Notes: a model not told the origin generated them from the sequence alone. 64,000 nt of DNA from an uncultured cyanobacterium (GCA_963719515.1 CAVRCJ010000011.1:435035-499034), one strand, 5' to 3'. Positions 1-9,524 are shown, counted from the first letter of the stretch. Program-made: numbers and translations.

Positions 1-779
1 AGACCTCTCATCACGCTCTGCTAGCCCACGGCTTGGGCACTCAGGCCATCCGCGCGGCCTCTCCCCAGCCCTGCTCTGTGGCTTTAGTAGATAACTTCGC
101 CGTACCCGTGCCCCTCACCGAGACCGAGGCTGACATCGCGGCGGCGCAACAGGCTTTCCCCCTGCAGTGGGCCAATGGCGGCATTATTGTCCCTGCTCTG
201 ACGGGGCGCTACAGCCCGGAACTGCTAGAGCAGCTCGGCAAAGAGGCCCCCGATATGCAGCCGGGAGACCTAGAGACTATCCATCAGCCCCTCGACGCCT
301 TGGGCATTAACGTTTACTCCGGCGTCTACGTCCGCGCCATGGGCGATGGCTATCAGGTGCTGCCTTTTCCGAAAGGCTACCCCCGACTACACATGCCCTG
401 GCTACAGCTGATGCCCGACGTGCTCTACTGGGCCGTGCGCCACGTGAGCGACACACTAGGTCAGCCTGACCTACCGCTGCTGATTACCGAAAACGGCTGC
501 GCCGCCCAAGACGAGGTGAGCGAGACCGGGACCGAAGTACTCGACAGCGATCGCATTCTTTACCTGCGCTGCGCCCTCAGAGCCGCCCATCGCGCTATCG
601 ACGAGGGCTATCCGCTACAGGGCTACTTTGCCTGGAGTCTGCTGGACAACTTTGAATGGGCCTACGGTTACGACCGCCGCTTTGGCCTCGTCTACGTAGA
701 CTACGCTACCCAGCAGCGACTGCCGAAGGCTAGCTACCACTGGTACCGCACTTGCATCAGCCAAGGGCGAGTGGTTTAG
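1..779 (+). CDS. Glycoside hydrolase family 1 beta-glucosidase, C-terminal part (5' end outside window)
   Basis: GH1 motifs ITENG (nucleophile), GYFAWSLLDNFEWAYGY and RFGLVYVDY. Confidence 0.9.
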   Translation, partial: TSHHALLAHGLGTQAIRAASPQPCSVALVDNFAVPVPLTETEADIAAAQQAFPLQWANGGIIVPALTGRYSPELLEQLGKEAPDMQPGDLETIHQPLDALGINVYSGVYVRAMGDGYQVLPFPKGYPRLHMPWLQLMPDVLYWAVRHVSDTLGQPDLPLLITENGCAAQDEVSETGTEVLDSDRILYLRCALRAAHRAIDEGYPLQGYFAWSLLDNFEWAYGYDRRFGLVYVDYATQQRLPKASYHWYRTCISQGRVV

Positions 780-824
780 GTCTGCTAGCATGGCCAGAAG
801 CTTAGCTAAGAGATTGCGTGAGGC

Positions 825-1599
825 ATGCCTGTGGTTGTTGAAGGACTCGTTGCCAGCTTGCTCGCGGGGCTAGGAACTGGACTGGGGGCGCTGCCGGTTC
901 TATTTATCAAAACGATTAGCGATCGCCTCCAGGGCATGATGCTGGGATTCGGCGGCGTCATGCTGGCAGCGACCACCTTTTCCCTCCTGCTGCCGGGGCA
1001 AGAAGCTGCCGTAAAGCAGGGATACAGCGAAACGGGCGCGGCCCTGGCAATGGCGTTGGGGCTGCTGGCGGGCGGCGTCTTTCTGTGGGTGGCCCACAAC
1101 AACTTTCCCCACGAGCATGTGTTCAAGGGCAAAGAGGGCCCCGTTCGAGAAAATTTAACCCGCATCTGGCTATTTATTATTGCCATCACTATCCACAACT
1201 TTCCCGAAGGTTTAGCGGTCGGGGTAGGGTTTGGCGGCGACAGTATCTCCAACGCCCAGGCGCTAGCGGTTGGCATTGGCCTGCAAAACATTCCAGAAGG
1301 TCTAGTAGTAGCGCTAGCTCTGCGCGCCCCTAGATTACTCCGTAGCCTACGCCGTGGGAGTGTCGCTGCTGACGGGGCTAGTGGAGCCGGTAGGGGGGCT
1401 TGTGGGGGTGGGGGTGGTGAGCCTGGGGCAGACCCTGCTGCCCTGGGGCATGGCGTTTGCTGCGGGGGCCATGCTGTTTGTCATCAGCGATGAAATCATT
1501 CCTGAAACCCAGGATAAAGGCGTGGCCCAGGAGGGCACCTTTGGCATTATGACTGGGTTTGCGGTGATGATGGTGCTCGACATCGCTTTGGGCGGCTAG
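825..1599 (+). pseudogene. ZIP (ZupT/GufA-like) metal transporter, split by a +1 frameshift near 1327-1330 (real mutation or assembly error)
   Basis: HNFPEGLAVG and QNIPEG motifs in 825..1493; C-terminus VEPVGG...AAGAMLFVISDEIIPET in the other frame. Removing one C from GCCCC gives a continuous LRALDYSVAYAVG. Confidence 0.85.
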
Positions 1600-1675
1600 C
1601 CCCGAAGCGTGGGGTAGGCCAGAGCGGACGGTAAGACAGCACACAGGTCCAGCGCAGACATGTTATGCTGAAGCT

Positions 1676-1771
1676 GACTCGGACCCATGCGGTTACAACG
1701 CCCAAATCTTGTCAGGACCGGAAGGTAGCAGCAATACGGGATGCTTGAAACAGGCGTGGTCTCCGGGTCTC
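1676..1771 (+). ncRNA. ffs: Signal recognition particle RNA (4.5S, small bacterial type)
   Basis: Conserved helix-8 motif TCAGGACCGGAAGGTAGCAGC at about 1712-1732; complementary ends GACTCGGA...TCCGGGTC. Confidence 0.92.
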
Positions 1772-1877
1772 TTGCGTATGAGCTGCCACCCACCACGGCA
1801 GACGCGGCATTTATCGATAGAGTTTTATTGATATAGCGCGTATTGATAGCGCTCAGTGCGTTAGCTAAGGAGTCACT

Positions 1878-2255
1878 ATGCCTGGTCTTGGAGATTTAGT
1901 ACAGCGAGCGTTTTATTTAGGGGTTGGTGTCGCATCCTACGCGGGTGAGAAGGCCGGAAAAACGATAGCAGAGCTGCGCGTTCAGGCTCAGAAGATTGCT
2001 GATGAGATGGTTGAGCGGGGCGAGATTACGGCGGATGACGCCAGACGTTTGGTGGATGAAATGGTGCGGCGAGCCCAGGTCGGCGACGGTCAGCGCCCCG
2101 ATTCTGCTAACGTAACGGTAGTAGATGTTGACGCTCAGGAAGCCCAGACCCCGCGCCCGATTGAAATTACGGACGATGAGGACGATGTGGGTGATTTGCG
2201 TCAGCAAGTCGACAAACTCCAAGATGAGCTGCGACGCTTGAAGCGTGAACCGTAA
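1878..2255 (+). CDS. Phasin-like cyanobacterial protein
   Basis: N-terminus KAFYLGVG-like ...ADEMVERGE, C-terminal coiled coil; RBS AAGGAG upstream. Confidence 0.65.
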   Translation: MPGLGDLVQRAFYLGVGVASYAGEKAGKTIAELRVQAQKIADEMVERGEITADDARRLVDEMVRRAQVGDGQRPDSANVTVVDVDAQEAQTPRPIEITDDEDDVGDLRQQVDKLQDELRRLKREP

Positions 2256-2289
2256 GCTCATCACTACGCTATACCCTCCAAACTGCTTT

Positions 2290-2727
2290 ATGGATGATTG
2301 GTTTGAAGAGCTAAACCGCGCCGTTGACACGATGCGGCAAGATTTAGAAACCTTGTTTCAAGAGGCCACAGACGCCGCTATCGAGTTCACCGACTCGATG
2401 ATTCAGATTTCTGAGGAGGTGGGAGAGCAGGTGCAGACTACGCTGCTCACTGAGGCGGAGCAGGTCGTCGGAATCCTCGTCGAGCAAGTGGACGAATGGT
2501 TGACGCCGGGGTACTTCTCCCTCGACATTGACCTGTATTGGGACCCAGACCTTAGCGAGCCTTGGGTTGAGCGCGTCACCCCCAGCGATAGTCAGCATCC
2601 GGCCTGCGTAGGCTGCAAGCACTACCACGGACGCGTCTACAGCGGCAATTTGCTGGTGTGCGGCATGCATCCCTACGGCTCGGAGAGCGAGGAATGCCCC
2701 GATTGGGAACGCAAGGTGCTGGGCTAA
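2290..2727 (+). CDS. Conserved cyanobacterial protein with Cys/His-rich C-terminus (possible metal binding)
   Basis: HPACVGCKHYHG...LVCGMHPYG...CPDW motif. Confidence 0.7.
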   Translation: MDDWFEELNRAVDTMRQDLETLFQEATDAAIEFTDSMIQISEEVGEQVQTTLLTEAEQVVGILVEQVDEWLTPGYFSLDIDLYWDPDLSEPWVERVTPSDSQHPACVGCKHYHGRVYSGNLLVCGMHPYGSESEECPDWERKVLG

Positions 2728-2749
2728 AACAAGACGTTCATAATTTGGC

Positions 2750-2777
2750 GTAGGGGCATGCAGCTGTGTGCCCCTAC
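2750..2777. repeat. REP-like palindrome GTAGGGGCA...TGCCCCTAC between convergent genes
   Basis: GTAGGGGCATGCAGCTGTGTGCCCCTAC; similar units at 55271, 55381 and 55680. Confidence 0.7.
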
Positions 2778-2783
2778 AGCGCG

Positions 2784-4433
2784 TCATTCTAGGCACCGCA
2801 CAGAGTCAGCAATCATCGCCGTCACAAACGTCTTGTAGCCCACCGTCTCAAACAAAACCACCACCTTGTCCGCCTCGTAGCGCAGCACCTGACCCTTGCC
2901 AAAATTCGTGTGAATGATGGTGCTAGACAAAGGAAACGGCTGGGCGTATTTAACTTTAGGCTTGCCCCCATTGCGATCGCAGTTGTCGCAGTTTCCGCAG
3001 GGGGCCTCAAATGCCTCGCCGAAGTAGCTGAGAATATACTCCCGGCGGCAGCTCTCGGTCTCGGCGTAGCCCCGGATCATCTGCAGCCGCGATCGCTCAA
3101 AGGTACGGCGACGCTCTTGCGCCGTCATTACCTGGTCGATGGCTTGCTCCAGCTCTTCATCGTCATCCTCGGCAATCACCTCACCGGCCACAATATCCCC
3201 GTCGGCCTCCTGGTCAACAACCCCAAAGGCTTCTAGGTGGTCTAGCGCGGTGGCGAGCTTGGCCTGGGAAAGGTCGATTGTCTCGCGCAGCCCCTCTACC
3301 GTCAGCGGCTTACCGCTTTCCCGCACCTGCTCAGCGATCGCATCCAATGCCTCTTCATCGACGCTGCCGCCCCCAGCGAAAAAGCGCTGTAGCTTTAGGT
3401 CGTCGGGGTGGTAGAACAGCTTGGCCTTAGCGGGCTCCCCGTCCCGTCCGGCCCGGCCAATCTCCTGATAGTAGGCGTCGATGGAGCCGGGAATATCGTG
3501 GTGAAAAACAAAGCGCACGTTGGGCTTGTCGATGCCCATGCCAAAGGCAGTGGTAGCCACGATGACGTCCAGCTCGTCGGCCATAAACTCCGACTGCACC
3601 CTCTCGCGATCGCTGCTGTTCATGCCCGCGTGGTAGGCCGCCGCCTTTAGCCCTTCCTCCTGCAGCAGCTCGGCGATCGCTTCGGTGGCCTTGCGGGTGG
3701 CCACGTAGACGATGCCCGGCGGGTCGGCTTGGGTCACCGCCTCGACGAGGGTAGGCCGCTTCTCCGCTTCGGCGTAAAACCGTTGAGCATCTAGGTGAAT
3801 GTTGGGGCGGTCAAAGCCGCGAATGACCTCCACGGGGTCCCGCAGCCGCAGCCGCTTCCCAATTTCCTGACGCACCAAAGGGGAAGCGGTAGCCGTCAGC
3901 GCCAGCACCGTCGGGCGGCCCAGCGCTTCAACCACGGTGTCGAGCTGCAGGTAGTCCGCGCGAAAGTCGTGGCCCCACTCGCTGATGCAGTGGGCCTCAT
4001 CCACCACAAACAGGGAGGGCTTGATCGTCGTCAGCCGCTCTAACGTCTCTGGGTTGCCAAACTGCTCCGGAGCCAAAAATACAAACTCCAGCTCACCTTC
4101 CGCGAGCTGCCTAAACACCTGCTCCCGCTCGCCCTTGTTCAGCGTTGAGTTGAGCACGGCAGCCTTCACCATTCCCAGCTCGGCGATCGCCCTCACCTGG
4201 TCCTGCTGCAGGGCAATGAGGGGCGAAATCACCAGGGTTGGCCCGGGCAGCCGCAAGGCCGCAATTTGATAGATGGCAGACTTGCCCGAGCCGGTGGGCA
4301 TGATGCCCAGAGTATCTTGCTGGGCTAAGACGGCCTCCAGCACCTCTCGCTGTCCCGGCCTGAGACCGTCAAAGCCAAATACCCGCTGAGCGATTTGCTC
4401 GGCGACCTGGAGCACTGCGTCAGAATTGGTCAT
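2784..4433 (-). CDS. recQ: RecQ family ATP-dependent DNA helicase
   Basis: MPTGSGKS, VDEAHCISEWGHDFR, FGMGIDK, QEIGRAGRDG, and Zn-binding CRR...CGNCDNC. Confidence 0.93.
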   Translation of the reverse strand: MTNSDAVLQVAEQIAQRVFGFDGLRPGQREVLEAVLAQQDTLGIMPTGSGKSAIYQIAALRLPGPTLVISPLIALQQDQVRAIAELGMVKAAVLNSTLNKGEREQVFRQLAEGELEFVFLAPEQFGNPETLERLTTIKPSLFVVDEAHCISEWGHDFRADYLQLDTVVEALGRPTVLALTATASPLVRQEIGKRLRLRDPVEVIRGFDRPNIHLDAQRFYAEAEKRPTLVEAVTQADPPGIVYVATRKATEAIAELLQEEGLKAAAYHAGMNSSDRERVQSEFMADELDVIVATTAFGMGIDKPNVRFVFHHDIPGSIDAYYQEIGRAGRDGEPAKAKLFYHPDDLKLQRFFAGGGSVDEEALDAIAEQVRESGKPLTVEGLRETIDLSQAKLATALDHLEAFGVVDQEADGDIVAGEVIAEDDDEELEQAIDQVMTAQERRRTFERSRLQMIRGYAETESCRREYILSYFGEAFEAPCGNCDNCDRNGGKPKVKYAQPFPLSSTIIHTNFGKGQVLRYEADKVVVLFETVGYKTFVTAMIADSVRCLE

Positions 4434-4645
4434 GTAGGGTTCGAAATAATAATATTCTTTGTTGTCTGGCCCAGACTCAGCGGCGACTCTTGGCCGAAGG
4501 AAATTCCGCGTCTAGGGTTTACGGCGTTGGCGAATAAAGGTGCGAATTCGCAGCGTTGAACGTAGCTCAATATTCAGGCGGTAGGGACATGACAGCGTCA
4601 TGTCCTCACGAAAGGCATAGCCAGCACAACGCCGGTTTTGTGTCG

Positions 4646-4927
4646 CTAGAGGGACCAGTTCAGCTTCGAGACCAGCATTGCTGCCAGCACGATCAGCCCT
4701 AGCGATCGCCGAAAGTAGTTGACGCCCTGAAACAGCTCTAGCCACGCCCAGGTAAACAGCGCCCCGAACGATAGGGCGTCTAGAAAAGTCTCGACGTTGC
4801 CGCCTGTGGGCAGTAGGTTAATGCCTGCGGCGGCGAGCCACACCAGCAGCGGTAGGCTGGGCGGCTGGGCAATGACAATGCTACCGGTGTCGTCTCGGAA
4901 GATGCGGTCAAACAGCGTCGTTTCCAT
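4646..4927 (-). CDS. Small conserved membrane protein
   Basis: FRDDTGSIVIAQPP...WAWLELFQGVNYFRRSLG; three hydrophobic segments. Confidence 0.7.
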   Translation of the reverse strand: METTLFDRIFRDDTGSIVIAQPPSLPLLVWLAAAGINLLPTGGNVETFLDALSFGALFTWAWLELFQGVNYFRRSLGLIVLAAMLVSKLNWSL

Positions 4928-5001
4928 GGAGCAAATCGTATGACTACACTTAGCATTAGAGCGATGCACTGTGGCTCTAGTCTTCCCCTCAAAGGCAGGC
5001 T

Positions 5002-5404
5002 TGATACCACTGGCGAATTTTATGTCTTGTTGCATCTCGGCTATTTCCTGCTCCGAAGAAGGCCCCCTTTTCTGGTATGCCCGAAGGGCTTTAAGCCTCC
5101 AATTGAGAGGACTTCAGAGAAGTCAGAACTCCTTGAAGTCAATAGCGACAAATAGTATGGCCACTCGGGTTCCCCCAGAATTGATACCGCTGGCGAATTT
5201 TATGTCTTGTTACATCTCGGCTATTTCCTGCCCCGGAGAAGCCCCCTAAATCCCCCAATTCTGGGGGACTTCAGAGAAGTCAGAACTCCTCAAAGTCAAT
5301 AGCGGTCAATGGTATAGACGCTGCTTGGGTTCCCCCAGGATTGGGGGCGGAGGGGGCCTCCAGAGCGTGCAACTCAATTACAAAATATTTCGCCAGCGGT
5401 ATCA
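5002..5404. mobile_element. Nested MITEs: truncated copy 5002-5181 plus full ~223-bp copy 5182-5404
   Basis: Terminal inverted repeats TGATACCRCTGGCGAA...TTCGCCAGCGGTATCA; the two internal sequences are near-identical to each other and to 14172-14393. Confidence 0.85.
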
Positions 5405-5556
5405 AGCTTGGCGACAGGGCGCACAGAGAGTTAACCCTTTGGGCCTCGTGCTCGTGCCGTACCAAGGGCTCAGGCGATCGCCTGCTAGGACTGCGACAAA
5501 GACAGCGATCGCCAGTAATCTCATCAGGACAGTGGCGATCGCTGCTTGGATGGCGC

Positions 5557-5835
5557 TTACTGCAGGCCGCGCAGGCGCATCAGGTAGGCCAAGACCTGCC
5601 CTTCTCGGCGGCTGAGCCGCACACCGTCGGGGCCGATGGGCACGGGGCCGGTCCACAGGCTTTGCTCTACGAGGTAGCGGTTAATGTGCATCAGGTGAAT
5701 GGTTTCCCGGATGCCTTCTGGGGTGCCAATGAGGATGTGACGCACCACTTCGCCGTCGGGCTGATGCGGGGGATCGCTCAGGCGAAGCTGTGCCGCCTCA
5801 GGGCTGAGGGGCTGCTCGGGGATTAGAAATGTCAT
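5557..5835 (-). CDS. Small cyanobacterial protein of unknown function (RHILIG.P.G...W family), copy 1
   Basis: VRHILIGTPEGIRETIHLMH...LWTGPVPIG...GQVLAYL; homologous to ORFs at 18964 and 55341; RBS AAAGGAA. Confidence 0.75.
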   Translation of the reverse strand: MTFLIPEQPLSPEAAQLRLSDPPHQPDGEVVRHILIGTPEGIRETIHLMHINRYLVEQSLWTGPVPIGPDGVRLSRREGQVLAYLMRLRGLQ

Positions 5836-6085
5836 GGGTTGGGTTCCTTTCTGGTGTAGATGGGTAGGAAACCCAAGTTTGGCCACCCCTCACAAGGTTG
5901 AACCAGTTCGGAGTGGCCGTGGGAAAATAACCACAGCTTTCGAACAGGTCTGCTCTGTTTCGGAGGTCAGGCGGCGGCTGTCAATGCCACTGGCAGTCGC
6001 TGCCGTTATGACCAAAGCTTGGGAGTCGAACTGCGGGATGCAGCTCTCAAGACGAAATTCTAGGGCATTTGGGGATGGGTGGCAA
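5836..6085 (-). promoter_or_regulatory. Sigma70-type promoter (TTGCCA-N17-TAGAAT) followed by a ~215-nt structured leader ending in an RBS-occluding hairpin
   Basis: -35 at 6085-6080, -10 at 6062-6057; stems GGCCACTCC/GGGGTGGCC and GGGTTTCCT/AGGAACCC. Confidence 0.6.
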
Positions 6086-6168
6086 GAGCCAGTGCTGCGA
6101 TCGCAAAGGCTCAATCGCCCCAGCGGCTAAAATAGACCCAACCCGTCTCAAGCGATCGCCGTGACGCC

Positions 6169-6831
6169 ATGATCATTTCTACCCAGGTCAGCGAGCTAGA
6201 GCTAGACACCACTAGCGGGCAGCTCACCCAAACCGTCACCCTTGCGGGCATTAGCTGGCCGACCTACCAGGCTATGCTCACCGACATGGGAGAGCACCGC
6301 GCTACCCGCATCGCCTACAACCAGGGAACGCTGACCCTCAAAATGCCATCCAAGCTCCATGAGATTATCAATCGCCTGCTGGCGCGCATTGTTAAAACCT
6401 TGACTGAGGAGCTGGGCTTAGAGGTGGTGGATGTGGGGTCTATGACGCTGGAGCGCGAAGATTTGCGCAAAGGTGCGGAGCCCGACACTGGGTTCTATAT
6501 CCAAAATGCGTCTCAGTTGGACGGGCTCGACCCGCAGATCCCGGCGGGGCTGCCACCGGATCTGGTGATTGAGGTGGATATTACGAGCCCGTCTACTCAG
6601 CGCATGGCGATTTATGAGGCGTTGGGGGTGCCGGAGGTTTGGCGCTACACCAAGCGGCAAGGGCTGGTGTTCTATCGGCTGGATGGCAATGCGTACGTGG
6701 AGGCTGAGGTAAGCGTGGCGTTTGGGCAGGTTTCTTCGGTGCAGCTGAATGCGTTCTTGGCGGCGCGGCAGCACAAAGGGGAGAATCAGGTGATTCGTGC
6801 GGTGCGCGATTGGGTTCGCGGGTTGGAGTAG
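6169..6831 (+). CDS. Uma2 family (DUF820) endonuclease-fold protein
   Basis: ISWPTY...EPDTGFY...PPDLVIEVDITS...YEALGVPEVWR. Confidence 0.92.
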   Translation: MIISTQVSELELDTTSGQLTQTVTLAGISWPTYQAMLTDMGEHRATRIAYNQGTLTLKMPSKLHEIINRLLARIVKTLTEELGLEVVDVGSMTLEREDLRKGAEPDTGFYIQNASQLDGLDPQIPAGLPPDLVIEVDITSPSTQRMAIYEALGVPEVWRYTKRQGLVFYRLDGNAYVEAEVSVAFGQVSSVQLNAFLAARQHKGENQVIRAVRDWVRGLE

Positions 6832-6946
6832 GCGGCGTCTTGTCTTTTGAGATTTGGGATTTGGGCGATCGCTGCTGCTGTAGATGATGGGTATCATCTG
6901 AGAATAGCGGCCAGGTTGAAGCAGCTTTATTAAGAGAGGATGACTT

Positions 6947-7210
6947 ATGACTCAAGTGACTATCGAGCTGCCAGACCAGGTGGCGAGAGACTTAGAAGCT
7001 TATCTCCAGGCTAATTCGCAGGAGAGCTTGGCTGAGCTAATCCATGAGGTTCTGCAGGTTAAGCTACCGTCTACTCTGCCCTCTAAGGCGATGCAGGGAA
7101 ACGATTCTTCCTTGGTTGATTTCTTCCGTAACTCTCCGCTCCAAGCTGTGGCTGGGGAGATTGACCTGAACCGCGATGATCGCGCTGCTGACGAACGTAT
7201 TACTCTATGA
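6947..7210 (+). CDS. Putative type II antitoxin (VapB-like)
   Basis: VTIELPD N-terminus, SLVDFFRNSPL...LNRD C-terminus; ATGA overlap with the PIN toxin gene. Confidence 0.7.
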   Translation: MTQVTIELPDQVARDLEAYLQANSQESLAELIHEVLQVKLPSTLPSKAMQGNDSSLVDFFRNSPLQAVAGEIDLNRDDRAADERITL

Positions 7211-7629
7211 GGTATTTGCTCGATACCTGTATCATTTCGGAGCTTGTTGCAAAGCAGCCTAACCCCAAAGTCTTGAGCTGGGTTACAGACCAGCCTGACG
7301 AGAACTTGTACTTATCTGTCATTACGATTGGAGAGATTAAGAAGGGAGTTTGCAAGCTGCCAGATTCTAAACGTAAATCCGCGCTGTCTGCTTGGCTAAG
7401 GCAAGACCTCCTAGTTCGCTTTGCAGGCAGAGTTCAAGCCGTCGATATTGAAACTATGCTGTATTGGGGAGAGCTGCTAGGCCGTTTAGAGACCCAGGGT
7501 AGAGCACTGCCGCTTTTAGATTCTTTGATCGCGGCGATCGCGCTTCGAGGTTCTTTTCAGCTTGTAACACGTAATGAGAAGGACTTTGATAGAATAGGTG
7601 TCTCTATAGTGAATCCATTTGTAGGGTAG
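7207..7629 (+). CDS. vapC: VapC/PIN-domain toxin
   Basis: YLLDTCIISE...SVITIGEI...DSLIAAIA...LVTRNEKDF. Confidence 0.92.
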   Translation: MRYLLDTCIISELVAKQPNPKVLSWVTDQPDENLYLSVITIGEIKKGVCKLPDSKRKSALSAWLRQDLLVRFAGRVQAVDIETMLYWGELLGRLETQGRALPLLDSLIAAIALRGSFQLVTRNEKDFDRIGVSIVNPFVG

Positions 7630-7906
7630 TGGTGAGACTCCTGTAGCACTTGTAAGCGATCGCTCACACCTGTCAGTAAGCTCAAGACAAAGCATCTCAA
7701 AATGAGCCTACCTTGCCTCATAGGCTACTGGAGTAAATTCGGACTATTTTTCTTAACTGTCACACGGCTGAAATACTGATTCTGTCGTGGAACTGATGAG
7801 ACTGACCTATAGGTAGGCAATTGAACTCTAGTCACTGTTTAATCGACATTTTGGTAAGTATCTCAGTTATAGAGTGGTTGTAGCTCTGGGGCAATTACTC
7901 TGAGTG

Positions 7907-7993
7907 ATTTAACGATCCCAATCAGCGGCAGCAGGCAACCTCGAACTCCACTGATGTTAAGTTCGACCGTCCGCTGCATTGGGGTTGTTATGC
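7907..7993 (-). other. attC-like integron recombination site (87 bp)
   Basis: Minus strand GCATAAC-AACCCCAAT-G-CAGCGG...CCGCTG-ATTGGGATC-GTTAAAT: AAC/GTT cores, imperfect palindrome with one extrahelical base in the left arm. Confidence 0.8.
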
Positions 7994-8204
7994 CGCAATG
8001 TTGAAGATAAATAAAAGAATAGCGTAACCTGTTGCATAATTAGTAAGTATGTACTAAAGTACGATTTATACACTCTGTGCAGTGTTTCAGAGGTGCAGCA
8101 GATAAACCTAAGAACTTTCCCAACAGAGTCAATCTTTCCTGATCTTTAAGGACATCGAGAGAAGATCTAAGTGATTATATTTCAGATCACTTAGGTATTT
8201 TCCC

Positions 8205-8672
8205 ATGCCGCATGACTTTAGAGAGTTTCCCAATCCCCTACGTAATCACTTGAGGGAGCTATTTGAAACCATGAGCCAACTACAAGAAGAAATTGAAAAT
8301 CTCAGTGATCGTCTTTCCGATTCAAGGCAAGCCTTTAAACAGAGTATTGAGGATTTCTTTCAACAACCAAACCAGAACCCATTCCCTACGGAAGGAACTA
8401 TTGACTCTGATGTCGAGCAATACACGAGGCTCGTGTCTTATTGTCTAGAGGCAGGGGATACAGAAATTTTGGATAGATGGGGAATTCAAAACATCCTTAC
8501 CAATCCGACCATTCTAGCCTCTAGTAACTACGAGTTATATTACTTAGCTTTCAATAATGCACGAGAAACATCTAAAACGCCTCTAGAAGAAGAATGCTGG
8601 ATTAAAGTAATTGAGATGTTTCAAATCTTGCAAAATCCAGGAGGTACACTTATCACTGTAGGAAACAGGTGA
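8205..8672 (+). CDS. Cassette-borne protein with a phycobiliprotein/globin-like segment
   Basis: DVEQYTRLVSYCLEAGDTEILDRWGI resembles the RD..YLRL..YCLV.G.TGPLDEWGI segment of phycobiliprotein alpha subunits; low GC. Confidence 0.55.
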   Translation: MPHDFREFPNPLRNHLRELFETMSQLQEEIENLSDRLSDSRQAFKQSIEDFFQQPNQNPFPTEGTIDSDVEQYTRLVSYCLEAGDTEILDRWGIQNILTNPTILASSNYELYYLAFNNARETSKTPLEEECWIKVIEMFQILQNPGGTLITVGNR

Positions 8673-8696
8673 AAGAGGATTAGCACTTTTAAGAGA

Positions 8697-9218
8697 TTAT
8701 TTATCCTGAGAGCGCCGTGCAGCTTGCTGGGCACGAGCTGCACTAAGGTATTGGCTACTGAGCTGCTTCGCATTTCTTCGCATTTCTTCGCCTCTACTAA
8801 CGTCTATGATTTGCTCTAAGAGGCTTTTTATCTCTCTAATAGCTTCCACAGATAGTTCATGAGTTGCACTTAAATCATCAACATTTTCCCTTAAGGAATA
8901 AAGCTCACTATTCTCGGGAAGTGTTGATGCCAAAACTTTCAAACGCTCAAGAGCTTCACTTTTCTTGGTTTGAAACGAGGAATTTTGTCTCTTTATTTCA
9001 TATATTTTATCTTTAATATCATCAGCAACCTGCTTAAGTCGATTTCGCTTAGCTTCGACTTCTGATTCAAACTTCTTAATTCTGGCAAAGTCTTGAACTC
9101 TTTTTCTAAAGCCCTGTATGGCATTCCATATTTGATTACGAGCTAGAAGGCACCCAAATATAACAATAACTGCAATTAACGCAGGGAGCTTACTGAGATC
9201 CGAAAAATCACCTTTCAA
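8697..9218 (-). CDS. Cassette-borne membrane-anchored coiled-coil protein
   Basis: N-terminal hydrophobic helix (LIAVIVIFGCLLA) then a long charged helical region; start uncertain. Confidence 0.6.
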   Translation of the reverse strand: MKGDFSDLSKLPALIAVIVIFGCLLARNQIWNAIQGFRKRVQDFARIKKFESEVEAKRNRLKQVADDIKDKIYEIKRQNSSFQTKKSEALERLKVLASTLPENSELYSLRENVDDLSATHELSVEAIREIKSLLEQIIDVSRGEEMRRNAKQLSSQYLSAARAQQAARRSQDK

Positions 9219-9524
9219 GATATCTTGAACTAAGTCAAAAATTTTCTCAAATATTCAATCCATTAGAAACTCGCTCTTCTAAGGTAGTTGCACAAGCCGA
9301 ATTATAGTATGCGCTTTATAGATAGCGCGACTTTAGGGATCGTGAGCTATTAGCAGTAGAACATTGAATTAAGGCAAAAGCCAGCTTAAGCATATTTCAG
9401 ATTTGAGGGATTTTATACCATTATCCCAAAAATTAAGTAATTCTCAAGAATACTTAAACATGCATAGTTCAACAGCTTAAAAATTTGCTACAAGGGCTAC
9501 TGTGTCCCAACCAAAAATTCAGCA

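Noticed and set aside
4940..5465. Short ORFs containing LIPLANF repeats (also 13888-14649)
   Set aside because: They are translations of the MITE terminal repeats
5985..5995. TGCCACTGGCA as a sixth TGCCA/TGGCA site
   Set aside because: The spacer is 1 nt rather than 3, and it lies inside the structured leader as a small hairpin
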